Part shown: positions 38,291 through 51,360 of the stretch, in pieces
Layout: each line of letters opens with the position of its first letter
Position numbering within the stretch: the stretch's first letter is position 1
Assembly: GCF_963921235.1 (NCBI RefSeq)
Contig: NC_086097.1
Coordinates: forward strand, 90,832,001 to 90,896,000
Source of the DNA: Mobula hypostoma
Taxonomy: Eukaryota
DNA length: 64,000 nt
Reading direction: 5' to 3'
The notes under the pieces: generated by a model
Database searches by the model: none
What the model was told of the DNA's origin: nothing
What the model saw: the letters and a program-made list of their open reading frames with translations, nothing else
Position numbers and translations under genes: made by a program

Positions 38291-39056
38291 ACATCTTATA
38301 GACAGTACGGTCATATATTCAGAAGTATGGTACTCGAAGCGAGGGAGATGTGCGAAATCTGTAATAAGCATCAGTTAGCTACCAGTTAGAGTACTATTGT
38401 GATCTTTTCTACACTTTGGGACCAGGCCTTATGGTGGATGCTATGAAGATTTGTTGTATCTGCTCCAGCAAAGCAGGGATTCGGGCACAAGAAATTCTTT
38501 ATTGGATGAACTGACAGAGGTGTAAAAAATAATGTGTAGCCATCTGTACAATGACAGGGGAGGTCAGGAGTCAAGTGGTACAAATTAAAGTGCTGGACAA
38601 AAGAACCCAGGAGGGACACGAGGAACAGAATACTGTGGTGTTCTGGTTTCTGAAACATCCTTGGATGCAGTCGGTCGAAAGGGTCCGTTTCTGTGACACT
38701 ACGACAACCTGACAGTGTAGTAGAGGTAGAACCAGTAATAGCTTTCAAAAGAGAATCTGAAAAATACTTAGAAAGGAACTAATTGCTGAGCTATGGAGAA
38801 AGAGAGAGGACCTAAACTAATTGGATGCTGCTTTCAAAGATACAAATTTCATGAATCTGCATTAGTTATGAGGAGCTGGGAAAGTTTTATTATTCAAAAG
38901 CGGTCAAGTTAGTTGAAATTTTGACAGTAGCCTCATCTGTAACCAGATAAGGTTCTACTTTTGACAGGGGCATTAAATTTTTATTTTTACTCTGTCAAAA
39001 CCCTTGAAATTTTGATCCTCTATTAGTTTTCGCTTTGCCCTTTGTTCAATGAATAC

Positions 39057-39290
39057 TGTTATGTTTTGTAACTTCAAAACATTAAACTAATTCAAAGGAA
39101 AACAATAGAGCTCGGAGATGTGAGTCTTAGTGCATTCTTTAAGGGAGGCGTACACGTATCACGTGGTAGTATGCAATTCACGTCTTTTTACATATAACCA
39201 TAATGAATTACGTAAACAACAAAGAACGCTTAATCCAACAATATATTTACAAGATTACTCAGGTATTACAGAAATATTAAATACACAACA
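39057..39290. mobile_element. Possible short solo LTR
   Basis: TGTT...AACA termini and retained CpGs; no convincing TSD. Confidence 0.3.
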
Positions 39291-39659
39291 AGGACAGCCC
39301 CATTTATCTAGCCATTTCGCATAACCAAAACATCTCATCTTAATCCTTCTGAGATTAAGCAATAGATGCAGCCAATAAGCCATTCAGTCCTTCATGCCTA
39401 ATCCATTTTTAAATAAAATTATGTAGAACCTTTTACCTCAGCACAGTTTTCCTGCACTAACACCACATTCTTTGATACCTGTAATATCTAAAAATCTCCA
39501 TCTTGAACCAACTCAGTGACTGAACCTCTACTGCTCTGTAGTGACATGATTTCAAAGATTCATCATTCTTTGGGTGAAGCAATTCAAAAAGGAAAGAGAG
39601 TGTGAAGGAGTTGCTGAAATCTCCAGAATAAAGAATAAGATAAAAAGTTTAGAAAAGGA

Positions 39660-42450
39660 AAAGAATTTAACTTTGGGCAACATGGGGACAAAATTGAAAA
39701 GAAGGGTGGTGAATACAGGATTGAAGAGGTTATATTTGATGGATGCAAAAAAATGTGGGCCATCTTGTCATACATTTAGAAATTAGCAGGCACGATGTTA
39801 TGAGCATCACTGAGTTGTGGTTGAAAGAAGATCACGGCTGAAAGCTAAACATCTAAGGATACCCAGAAAGGACAGGCAGGTAGAAGCAGGAGGTGAAGTA
39901 GCTTGCTGGAAAGAATTGAAATCAGATCATTAGACAGAAGTGACATAGAATCAGAAGATGCAGTATACTTGTGGGTAGTTAAGAAACTGCAAGGAAGTAG
40001 TATACAGGCCTCCGAGAAGTCGCTGGATATGGGGTACAAATTACAACAGAAGATAGAAAAGGCATGTAAAAAAGGCAATATTATAATGTTCATGGGGAAT
40101 TTCAATATGTATAAAGATTGGGAAAATCAGGTTGGTGCTGGATCCCAAGAGAAGTAATTTGCAGAATACCTACCAAATGGCTTTTTAGATAAGATGGTGA
40201 TTGAGCCCACTAGGGAAAAGGCAATTCTGGATTGGGTGTTGTGTAATGGGCCAGATTTGGTTTGGGAGCTTAGAGTAAAGGAACCCTTAGGGGTCAGCGA
40301 TCAGAATATGATAGAATTCATTCTGCAGGTCAAGAGGGGAAAGATAAAATTAGATGTATTGGTACTACAATGGAGGAAAGGTAACTATAGAGGCGTGAGA
40401 GAGGAGCTGGCTAAATTTGATAGGAAGGGGATACTTGCAGAGATGACGGCAGAGCAGCAATGGCTAGAGTTTCTGTGAGTAATTCTGAAGACACAAGTTC
40501 GGTTCATCTCAAACAAAAAGAAGCGTTCTAAAGGGAGAATGAGGCAACTATGGCTGACATGGGAAGTCAAAGAGAGCATAAAAGCAAAATAAAGGACAAA
40601 CAACATGGCAAATATTAGTGAAAGGCCAAAGGATTGGGAAACTTTTAAAAACCACCAGAAGGAAAATGACAAAAAATAACAGAACGGAGAGAAAACATGA
40701 AATATGAAGGTAAGCTAACCAATAATATAAGAGAATACTAGAGGTCTTTTTTCAGACAAATAAAGAATAAAAGGAAGGTAAGAGTGTACATCAGACTGTT
40801 GGAAAATGATGTTGGATGGGAAGTAACGGGAAACAAAGAAATAGCAGATGAACTCAAAAAATATTTTGCATCAGTCTTCACTGTGGAAGACATCAGCAGC
40901 ATGCCAGAAATTTAAGAATATCAGGGGGCAGAAGTGAGTGTAGTTTCTATTTTTAATGAGAAGGTGCTTGAGAAGCTGAAAGATCTGAAGGTAGATAGGT
41001 CACCAGGACCAGATGGTGTACACCCCAGAATTTTCAGGTAGATGAAGAAATTAGTAGTGACCTTTCAAGAATTACTAGATTTTGCAATGGTTCCAGTGGA
41101 CTGGAAGATCATGAATGTCATTCCACTCTTTTAGAAGGGAGTGAGGCAAAAGACAGGAAATTATAGGCCAGTTAGCCTGACTGCACTAGTTGGCAAGATG
41201 TTAGAATCCATTATTTAGGATGAGACTTCAGGGTGCTTGGAGGCAGGTGATAAAATAGATCTGATGATAAATAGATGATAAAATAGAAATCTTGCCTGAC
41301 AAATCCGAAAGTTGGGAATTCTTTGTACAGATAACAGATAGAATAAACAGTGGATGTTCTTTTTGACAAGATGCTGTACATGAGACTGCTAAACAATATA
41401 AGAGCCTATGGCATTACAGGAAAGCTACGTGCATGGATAGAAGATTGGATGACTGGCAGAAGACAAAGAATGGGAATAAAGGGAGCCTTTTCTGGTTAGC
41501 TGCCAGTGACTGGTGGTGTTCCACAGCGGTTGGTATTGGGGCCACTATATTTTAATGATCTGGATGACAGGATTGATGGCTTTGTGGCTAAGTTTGTAGA
41601 TGATACAGCAGGTAGTGTTGAGGAAGCAGGAAAATTGCTGAAGAACTTGGACAGATTAGGAGAAAGAAGAGGCAGATGGAATAGTGAAGTGTATAGTCAT
41701 GCATTTTGGTGAATGGAATAAAGGCATGGGACTGTTTTCTAAATGGGAAGTGAATTCATAAATCAGAGGTGGAGAGGGGCTTGTAAGTTCTAGTGCTGGT
41801 TGAGCTGGTAGCAAGGAAGATAGTATTTATTTCAAGAGGACTAGAATATAAAACGTGGATGTAAAGCTGACACTTTATAAAGCATTGGTCACACCATATT
41901 TGGAGTTTGTGAGCAGCTTTGAGCCCCTACTAAGTCAGGATGTGCTGCCATTTGAGATTGCGCACTGGAGGTTTACAAGAATTATCGCAGGAACGATATG
42001 GTTAATTTATGAAGGACATTTGATAGCTCTGGGCCTGTATTCACTGGAGTTTAGAAGACGAGGGTGTTCTCATTGAAACAAACTGAATATTGAAAGGCCT
42101 ACGTACAGTGGACATGGACAGAATGTTTCCATTAGTGAGAGAGTCATTAATCAGAGGACACAACCTTGAAATAGAAGGATATCCCTTTAGAACAGAGATG
42201 AGGAGGAATTTCTTTAGCCAGAGGGTGGTGAATCTGTATAATTCATTGCCATAAATGGCTGTGGAAGCCAGCTTCTTTTGTTATATCTGAAGCAGAGGTT
42301 GATGGGTTCTTGATTAGTAAGGACATCAAAGGTTATGGGGAGAAGGCAGAAGATTAGAGTTAACAGGGAAAATAGATCAGCTATGATTGAATGGCAAAGC
42401 AGACACTTTGAGCAGAATTGCATAATTTTGCTGCTATGGTCATTTGGTTC
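39660..42450 (+). mobile_element. Degraded CR1 covering nearly all of ORF2 and the 3' UTR
   Basis: Collinear EN pieces (ORFs 39903-40157, 40194-40478) and RT pieces (41506-41712 'FVDD', 41855-42076). Confidence 0.9.
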
Positions 42451-42528
42451 TAGATTCCAGTGAGGGGAATCACCATCCCTGCATTTGATCTGTCAAGCCC
42501 AGTAAGATCTTTGAAAGTTTCAATGAGC

Positions 42529-43367
42529 TATCACGTACCCCATGATGGGTTAAAGATCCAGGAGAAATGGAAAACACTTTGGAGTCCAGTATTGCTATTA
42601 ACTAATGGTACTTATTAGTAACTACGCAATACAGTAATGTAAATGCAGATAAATCAAACAGGTTAGCAATGATTATATATATAGGTAAGTGTGGAAATAT
42701 ATGAAAACCAAGCTTCTTCACGTCTAGGGGTAAATAGATAGTCTTACAATGATGAGTAAAGTTCAATTCAGTTCGTGGTATTTAGTTGAGCAGTGATAGA
42801 TAGAGAGAGAGGGAGAGATTTGAGTCTTCAGTTGAGTTGACGCTGTCGATCTTCCCATTGTCCTCTGAAATACTTTAGAAGTCACTGACTGTGACCACAA
42901 CAAAGGGGACCATTCTTCTGTGGTGGAATTATCAACCCAGGCGAGGATTGGACACTCAAATAGCTCCCCACCGGTCACACCCTTTTCACACTGTGAGAGC
43001 CACTGATCGATCCGCCTGATCGATCCTCCAAAACCCACTTTTCTGCGGGCACAACAAAGCTCATTCAGTGTCCAAAACCAGGTGTCTGCAGGTCTAACAG
43101 CTGACCTTCTATTTATCTCACCGTGCTGAACACCAGCTGTCCATCAAGCAGCTCCTCCCTTCTCTCTCTGTAAGAACTTGGAAGCTGCTAGTGTCCTTGC
43201 AAAAGTGTAAACATGCTGCCGAAAAACCATAACACCATCTCAAAGCAGTCTTCGCCTCTCTCTCTCTTTCTTTCTCTCTCTTTTAACAAGGTGTCTGCGT
43301 TGGACACCTCTCTCTCTCTCTCCTTCCAAAAGCACAGTTCATAGGGGTAATTCAGGACCCCGTCACA
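42529..43367 (-). mobile_element. Solo LTR related to 5563-6480 (839 bp)
   Basis: TATCACG...CGTCACA termini, perfect TSD GAGC (42525-42528, 43368-43371); shared blocks 'caggttagcaatgat', 'gtctaggggtaaa' and 'gactgtgacc'. Confidence 0.85.
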
Positions 43368-44751
43368 GAGCTTACTTTCATTCTTCGAATCTCTAAACAG
43401 TAAAGATGCACTCTCCATACTTTCCCTTTTATGACAAACCTATCACCTTAGGGATTGGTCTTAGAACTTGTAAATCTTTCCTACACTCCCTGATTGCAAA
43501 TATTGTAATAAGCTCTCAGGGCCTGTGTGGGGAGCCAGACAGTGTTAGGCTCTGAGGTTTTTAGAGCACCTGAATTAGTCAGTTGTTAATGAGATTCATT
43601 AAATGTTTATATTTCCTTGTTGTTTATCTTGATAGGCTTGGGGATTCTGTTTCTTGTATTATTTAAACATTTGCTTTCTTGCACTATCGCGGGGTCCTAG
43701 TTTGGAGATTGCTACGTCTCACAGTGACATGGCCGAGCCCCCAACATTCAGTTGGAATTCCAATGTATAAACTCTGGTCGCTGGCTCTTCATGACAGTCT
43801 GTCTTTCCTTCATGCCTGGGTTTCATCGTTGCCACCATGACAAATATATTATGTCTTTGGGAGGGAGCCCAGAGTTGTGGACCATATTTGTAGGTCTGTC
43901 TGAACAGGTGTCTATGTATTTGGAGAATGACATCTCTACTTTTGTACTCAAATTCTCTTGCAACAACAACCAACATAAATGTTTTCTTCCAAAACTGTTG
44001 ACCACATGCACATAACATATAGGAATTTGCAGAACTGGTCAGCTCTGAATGCCCAAACTTCCTATGTTATTATACTGAACTAAATTACCTCACATTTTTC
44101 CTCATTATATTCTATCCATCAGGTACTTGCTCCTTCACCCAATATCTCTTTATCCTCTTTCAAGTCGTCTAATAGCGAAACCTTGCAAACCAGCTTTGCA
44201 TCAGCAACATATTAGCTATGTATCTGGGGACATGTGACAATAATAACCCAATGTTGCACTAGGTTTCTTCACCTAAATCGCTGACATAGATTGTGCAGTT
44301 TTAACTTGTGAAAGATTTATTGCTTATACATATTTATTTCTAACATTTCTCAAATCTTTTATTTATTGATAGTCTTCTTTGTCTGTTTTTGTGCACTATA
44401 TGTTTTCTGTAGATTAAGTAGGAATAAGCAAGTTTGTGCTACCATCAAAGCGAAAATAATTTTAATGTTTTCCAGGGCACGATTTTGAATAGACATTTTA
44501 TCTTACTCCCCTAGAGGCTGGCCTCCAGATGTATAACATGTTAAAAAAAATTGACAGCCATACATCACTAAAATAATTAGAAGATATTGGCTGAAGTAAA
44601 AACAGAAAATGCTGGAAATACTCAACAAGTCAGGCAATGAATATCTTACGTCTGCAAGCTTGAGTCAATGAGACAGGAGAATGGGGTTGAGAGGGAAAAT
44701 AAATCACCACGATCAAATGGCAGGGCAAACACTTTTGGAAATACAACAATG

Positions 44752-45397
44752 AATATCTCCAGAACTGAGGGCATGTCCTCCCTCTTCAAAGAAAGGGACT
44801 TCCCTTCCTCCACCATCAATGCTGCTGTCACCCGCATCTCTTCCATTTTGCGCACATCTCTGTTCTCATCCCATCTGGGATAGGGTTCCTCTAGACCTCA
44901 CCAATCAGCCCACCAGCCTCCATGTCCAACACATCATTTTCCATAACTTCTGCCATCTCCAACAGAATCCCCCCACCAAACACATCTTTCCCTACCCCTC
45001 ACGCTTTATGCTTTCTGCGGGGATTGTTCCCTATGTGACTTCCATCACCTCCCTCACACGCTCCTCCCCCTTCCCTTTCTTCTGCGGCCTTCTGTCCTCT
45101 CCTACCAGATCCCCCCTTTTCCAGCCCTTTATCTCTTTCACCAGTCAACTTTCAGCTCTTTGCTTCACCCCTCCCCCGCTCCCGGTTTCACCCATCACCT
45201 ACTATCTTGTATTTCTTCCTCCCCTCCACCCACCTTCTTACTCCGACTTCTCATCTTTTTCCCAGTCCTGATGAAGGGTCTCAGCCCGAAACATCGACTG
45301 TTTGATGGTTTCCATGGATGCTCCCTGGCCTGCTGATTTCCTTCAGCATTTTGTGCGTGTTGCTTGAATTTCCAGCATCTGCAGATTTTCTCTTGTT
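44752..45397 (+). mobile_element. Penelope-like element fragment, internally deleted, with pseudo-LTR
   Basis: Decayed coding 'MSSLFKERDFPSSTINAA.TRISSI' and 'PTSLHVQHIIFHNF.HLQQ.P.TKHIF', then a pyrimidine-rich UTR, hammerhead motif and tail. Confidence 0.8.
45263..45300 (+). ncRNA. Minimal type I hammerhead ribozyme motif
   Basis: CAGUC-CUGAUGA-A-GGGU(CUCA)GCCC-GAAA-CA-UC/GACUG; helix I CAGUC:GACUG is perfect. Confidence 0.85.
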
Positions 45398-45894
45398 AAT
45401 GAATATCTCAGGTCTGCAACCCTGATTCAGAACTGACAAAGAGAAAACAAGTTAGCTTCCAGTAACAGAGAAGGTGGGGCAAAAACAAAGGACACTTGTT
45501 CATTGAGGTGACCTCACCAGCAGGCAGAGGGTGCCTGGCATGGAGGGAATTGCATTAATGTTGGGTTTATGGCTGTAACCATCACAGAGAAGGTTAATGG
45601 ACAAGGAGTTGGACAATCCAGACACATGTCCTCAACTTAATGATGTATAGAGCTGGTTATCAATAAAGTGGAAATTATATTATTTTACATTGAAAATGAG
45701 GGTCTTCTTTGGTATAATGTGGTGGGCAGGTGTGACTGCTGTATTTAAAGAGGGAAGTTCCAAAAAATTCTTTGTCTTCTCCTTTGCATTCTCTTAGGAT
45801 AGAGGATAGACTCTGAGTGACTGTTGAAAAGCTAATGTGAGAAACTCAGGCATCTACAATACGCTGTAAAGAACCCATAGGAATTAGTCTAGAC

Positions 45895-45974
45895 TGGGGG
45901 TTCCCAACCTGGGGTCTATGGACCCCTCAGTTCATGATAAGGGTCCATGGCATAAAAAAAGATGGGAATCCCTG
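45895..45974. mobile_element. hAT/Charlie-type MITE (80 bp)
   Basis: Imperfect TIRs of about 15 bp (tgggggttcccaacc / agatgggaatccctg) and a perfect 8-bp TSD GTCTAGAC (45887-45894, 45975-45982). Confidence 0.85.
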
Positions 45975-47497
45975 GTCTAGACTGACAAGCCAAATGACAT
46001 TTCTCAAGTAAATCAGATGATATTCTAAATCTATATATACAAATAACTCAAAACTGGATACTTTATTTTTGAGTGCTTCAGATGGCAGATAGGATTCAAT
46101 GAAATATTTATTGGCCTCGGCTGTACATTAGAGGCCACTGCTTCTATGACTTTGGTGACTGACTACTCTTGCTCCATTGATTTGCTCCTTCATCCCACTC
46201 CAACATTACTGGTGCTTTTCTGCAAGGACAAAGCCCTTCTCTGCCTCTTCATTTCCTCCGCCAAGACCTCCAGAGTTGCATCAAAAAATGTGTGGGCCAG
46301 CTCTCACTTCAGTTTGCATCTTCCAGCCAGCTAAATCTGCAACCTTTCACCAGCATTTGCCACCATGATAGAACTCCCCTTAAAGGTGTCATTTACTCTC
46401 CAAGAATGTGTGCTGAAGCAATAAATAACACGACTGGTCACTGAAATCAAGATAACGGGGTCACAGTTTGACACTGTATTTCCTTCATTGGCCTAAGGAG
46501 AGCATGATAATTATGTCTGTTTTCTATTGTTATCTAAATTGGCCCTCAGTTTCTGACCAAGGCTTCATACAACTGAACTATCACACCATCACACATGAAA
46601 TCCAATGTCACTGACCTAGAGAATGTATGCTACACTGCAGTTCAGACAGCCACTTGACACCACTGAACTGATCGTGGAATTATCACCTTCAATGATTCAA
46701 TAAAATTGTGACATGAGCTTTGAGCAAGAAACTGGCTATGAACTAACCAATCATGTCAACTGCCTGTTTAGAACAAGAGCCTCTGTCATCTTCAGGAACC
46801 CTGACCTATACATCATGACACGGTATGCCATGCAAGCACATAAACCAGGTATTTATTGTTTCCACCTCTCAAAACAGTTGAGAAACCATCATCTTCCTCT
46901 CGCAGTTTTCTCCCTTTCATCAACTTCTGCCAAATTCATAACTATAGCTTGTCACTTGTTAAAGAAGAGAAAATGGTGAGGGAACATTTCACTCCGTGTT
47001 GGGTATAGAGGTCTGTACATAACGTGCATAGAGACTTAACTTGACTTTTAACAGATCCAACAACCTAGAACCTTGCTGAATGCTGAGACCTGTTGAAATT
47101 ACTTCTATCAGTTCACAATAGAAATATTTACTTCTGCAATTGGACTGGTTCTAAAATTTATTTTATTGCTTCGTATTTTCTTGATTTATATCATTTAAAA
47201 GTTACTCTCAGTAACTTGGAATAAAAGAAATGATAAAATTACAACTGAGTAGGAGTTCTTAATGAAGAAATTCAACAAAGCATCCCAGAATAAAACTAAA
47301 ATGTATGGTTCTAAGGAAACAATATCAAAGCAACCTTCAACAGAAACAGACTGAAAAGCTTGTGAGACAAGTAATGGTTAGCGTGGTTCATGAATATGTG
47401 AGCCAAGCACTGACCAGGAAGTAAAATAGGCCACACGTGACCTTGAGCATGCTTCACATTCAGTGAGTTTGTGCTCCTCATTTCCACCTGCCTGCAC

Positions 47498-47798
47498 TAT
47501 ATAACCATATAACAATCACAGCACAGAAACAGGCCATCTCGGCCCTTCTAGTCCGTGCCGAACCCTTACTCTCACCTAGTCCCACCGACCTGCACTCAGC
47601 CCATAACCCTCCATTCCTTTCCTGTCCATATAGCTATCCAATTTTACTTTAAATGACAATATCGAACCTGCCTCAACCACTTCTGCTGGAAGCTCGTTCC
47701 ACACAGCTACCACTTTCTGAGTAAAGATGATCCCCCTCATGTTACCCCTAAACTTTTGCCCTTTAACTCTCAACTCATGTCCTCTTGTTTGAATCTCC
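47498..47798 (-). mobile_element. Short CR1 3' fragment
   Basis: ORF 47576-47773 'RGIIFTQKVVAVWNELP' plus 3' UTR and 'atataaccatataac' tail. Confidence 0.88.
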
Positions 47799-48598
47799 TA
47801 GATCCATATCCTTGCCTGAAAAGAAAATCACAGCTTTTAAACATTTGTAACCAGGTGGCCATTGAATATTACCTTTTATTGCTAAAGTGCACCTATGTAT
47901 TCACCCTGGTAATGCTAAGATAGTTGCCCGTGCCTTTAAGAGATAATGGTGATATCATTATAGAAAGAAGAGTTACAAAAATCCAGAACAAACGTCAAGT
48001 GCTGGGAGATTCTTTTCCCAGGCTTGGTGAGGAAAAGTTGATAATATTTATGTAAATTTGTTTAACTTTGTTTCTAAATCTAGAATATTGGTAATTTGCC
48101 ATGTTTTCCATGTGGACACTTTAGATTTTTGCGAGTAAGGTAACAGCACTGGATAGCGTGGTTATGCGAAGTTCCTTATCAGCCTAGTAGGTTTGTCTCT
48201 CTAGTGATTTTAACTACAAGGTAATATATTGTAAAAGTTTTGTAAGGGTTTATTTTTGTCTTACTTTATTTCATGACCGAAAGTGAATGTATTAAACTCT
48301 GTTCACATAGCGAGAGCAAGGAGGACTCGATTCAGGGTCTTGGAAGTTAAGCACACATGTGCCAAAGTGAGTGTACATCTTAGTTACAATGAGATGTATT
48401 TATTCATATTTTTGATGTGTATAAGGCACAGGGTTTTGTGGGATTCGAATGTTTGTAATTTTTTTAGAATTGCCACTATCGTATTGCTTTTGTATATTTT
48501 GTTTTATTTATTCTCATACTAAATATGTAACTAGTTGATACACAAGTGTGTGGACAGAAATCAAGCTGAAATTGTAAAAGCAGGAACTGTGTCTTTTT

Positions 48599-48802
48599 AG
48601 CAACACACATCAAAGTTGCTGGTGAAGGCAGCAGGCCAGGCAGCATCTCCAGGAAGAGGTACAGTCCACATTTCAGGCCGAGACCCTTCGGTCTGAAACG
48701 TCGACTGTACCTCTTCCTAGAGATGCTGCCTGGCCTGCTGCCTTCACCAGCAACTTTGATGTGTGTTGCTTGAATTTCCAGCATCTGCAGAATTCCTCGT
48801 GT
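48599..48802. mobile_element. Penelope-like pseudo-LTR foldback
   Basis: Near-perfect inverted arms of about 80 bp (48599-48680 / 48691-48770) plus tail 48771-48802. Confidence 0.88.
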
Positions 48803-49059
48803 AGCTGTGTTTTTTAAATTCATTTTGTTGTCTTTATTTTGATTCCCTTGTTCCACACTAAAGCATCTAAAACAGATAAAGGAATTAGCTATTTTAGTAT
48901 TTGTTCTTCTGAGTGTGTATTTTTCCCAGGCTACATATTCTAAGAACACTCAGCCTCAACACCATTTTGGAAAAGCTCCTAATTTCCCCTACAATATATG
49001 AAGAATTGTTTCTGGTCACTACCCTGAGTGGGCTGGTTCTAATCTTAGATAATCTTGCA

Positions 49060-49274
49060 AACATGAGGAAAGCTGCAGATGCTGGAATTTCAAGAAACGC
49101 ACATAAAAGTTGCTGGTGAACGCAGCAGGCCAGACAGCATCTCCAGGAAGAGGTACAGTAGACGTTTCGGGTCTAGTGCTAACGAAGGATCTCGGCCTGA
49201 AACGTTGACTGTACCTCTTCCTAGAGATACTGCCTGGCCTGCTGCGTTCACCAGCAACTTTTACGTGTGTTGCT
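49060..49274. mobile_element. Penelope-like pseudo-LTR foldback with degenerate hammerhead (49174-49211)
   Basis: Tail 49060-49092, inverted arms, and central tagtg-ctaacga-aggatctcggcct-gaaa-cgtt-gactg. Confidence 0.85.
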
Positions 49275-49689
49275 TAAATAATCTTCGTTTGTTATGGATC
49301 CTCTCCACCATATATCATTGTTTCTCTAATTCGTATCAGCTCCTTAAAGTTGTAATCTTACTATATTCACCAGAATGCAAATTCACTTAGTACCACATGT
49401 TTTCATTTGTTTAGCTCCAGTACCATCCTGAGTTTTGAGCTAATGAGATGAAAATGAACTTAACTCAATAAAGTTAAGGCACCAAACTCCAACAAGATTA
49501 TTCCAAAGATTCCTACGTAATGCAGTGATTGGACACTTGAATGAGTGCCAGATTTTAAAAATTCAGAGGATAATTGTGACCTAACCTGCTCAGTGGGAAA
49601 CAATGGTAATAGATCTGCCACCTTTTAACTCTTCCCTCCATCTTGCCAGAAGAAATAGTTGAGGCTGGTAAGTTAACAAGTCTTCCATT

Positions 49690-50520
49690 GAAGATGGTGC
49701 TGTGCTGTGACATCTGTCGAGGTCATGCTCAGACAGTTACTTTTTAGGTTTGTAGGATAGTTTAGGGGATACCACAGTGAGTTAGAGGTCAGGTTAGGGT
49801 TTAGATACAGGGATGGGGGAGGGGTAGAGATCACGGACAGGAACCAAAGGTCAGGATCCAGGTCAGAGCACTCTGAGTTCAAAGGCCAGCAATGTTGGGG
49901 TCAACCCGCGCAGTGAATAAAGACCAAGGATCCTGGCGGGCAAAAGCTGAGGTTGGTGGGTCCCTGAGGACAAGGGTCAGACAAGCCTCCCTCCCCCACA
50001 GATCAGTAAGTCCCAGGATTGAGGCCTGGAAGTTGAAATCAGAGGTCCATGCCTGTCCAGAGATTGAGGCCCGGAGGTCAATGTCTGTGAGTCTGGAGAT
50101 CGAAGCTGATTGTTGAAGACCGAAGTTGACGAGTCCAGAGGTCAAGGCCTGAAGTTCAAAGGCCATGCGTCAACTTGTCTAGAGGTCAGAGCCTTATGGC
50201 TGCAGGTCTGTGAGTCTGGGCAGGAACTAGAAGTTAAATTCCCAATGTCTGAGAGTCTGAAAGTCCGGGGCAAAAGACTGTAGGTCATAGGCCCAGAGGC
50301 GTCCTGTCTGTGTGCTTGGGGGGCAGGAGGAAGGGGAAGAGGCTTGTTTACTGTTATTGCTTTGTATTATTGTTGTTTTTGTTGTTCTCCTGTGGGCATG
50401 TATGTATGTTGCCACCAGAATGTGCAGTGACACTTGCCTCCAGCACATCATTACATCGTGTTGGCTGTTAACACAAAATAACATGTTTCGATGTACGTGT
50501 GATATATAAATGTGAATCAA
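49690..50520 (+). mobile_element. Non-autonomous retroposon
   Basis: 5' GAAGATGGTG, loosely repetitive 'agtcc.gaggtc' body, and tail 'tttcgatgtacgtgtgatatataaatgtgaatc'. Confidence 0.55.
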
Positions 50521-50607
50521 CACTTAAAAGACATCTGGACCGGTATGTTGATTAGAAGTGTTTAGAGGGATATTGATCAAATATGTGGAAATGCGACTAG
50601 ATTAATT

Positions 50608-51360
50608 AGGTTCACCTACCACCCCACCAGCCTCCTCATCCAGCACGTAATTCTTTATAACTCCCGCCATCTCCCACAGAATTCCACCACCAAGCACATC
50701 TTTCCCTCCCTCCACTTTCTACTTTCTGCAGGGATCGCTCCCTCCATGACTCACTTGTCCATTCGTCCCTCCCAGACAGTGGGATCTCCCAATGGCCACC
50801 CATTTTAATTCCACTTTCCACTCCCATGTCCATCCATGACCTCCTCTACTGTAGCAATGAGGCCACACTCAGGATGGAGGAGCAACACCTTATATTCCGT
50901 CTAGGTAGCCTCCAACCTGATGGCATGAACATCGATTTCTTGAACTTCTGGTAGCCTCCTGCCCCTTCTCTATTCTCCATCCACTTTTCCTTCTCTCACC
51001 TTATCTCCTTACCTGCCCGTCACATCCCTCTGCTGCTTCTCCCCCTTTTTCTTTCTTCCATGGCCTTCTGTCCTCTCCTATCAGATTCCCCTTTCTCCAG
51101 CCCGTATCTCTCTCAACAATCAACTTCCCAGCTCTTTACCTCACCTCCCCTCCCAGCTTCACATCACCTAGTGTTTTTTCCTCCCCTCCCCCCACCTTTT
51201 AATTCGACTCCTCATCTTTTTTTCTCCAGTCCTGCTGAAGAGTCTCGGCCTGAAATGTCGACTGTACTCTTTTCCGTAGATGCTGCCTGGCCTGCTGAGT
51301 TCCTCCAGCATTTTGTGTGTGTTGTTTGGATTTCCAGCATCTGCAGATTTTCTCTTGTTT
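50608..51360 (+). mobile_element. Penelope-like element 3' fragment
   Basis: 'YHPTSLLIQHVIL' and a C-terminus 'EEQHLIFRLGSLQPDGMNIDF' typical of GIY-YIG-bearing PLE ORFs; pseudo-LTR with mutated hammerhead at 51227-51264. Confidence 0.85.

Noticed and set aside
48599..48770. Hairpins resembling MITEs or pre-miRNAs
   Set aside because: The arms match the termini of coding Penelope fragments in this window and carry an asymmetric tail, so they are PLE foldbacks.
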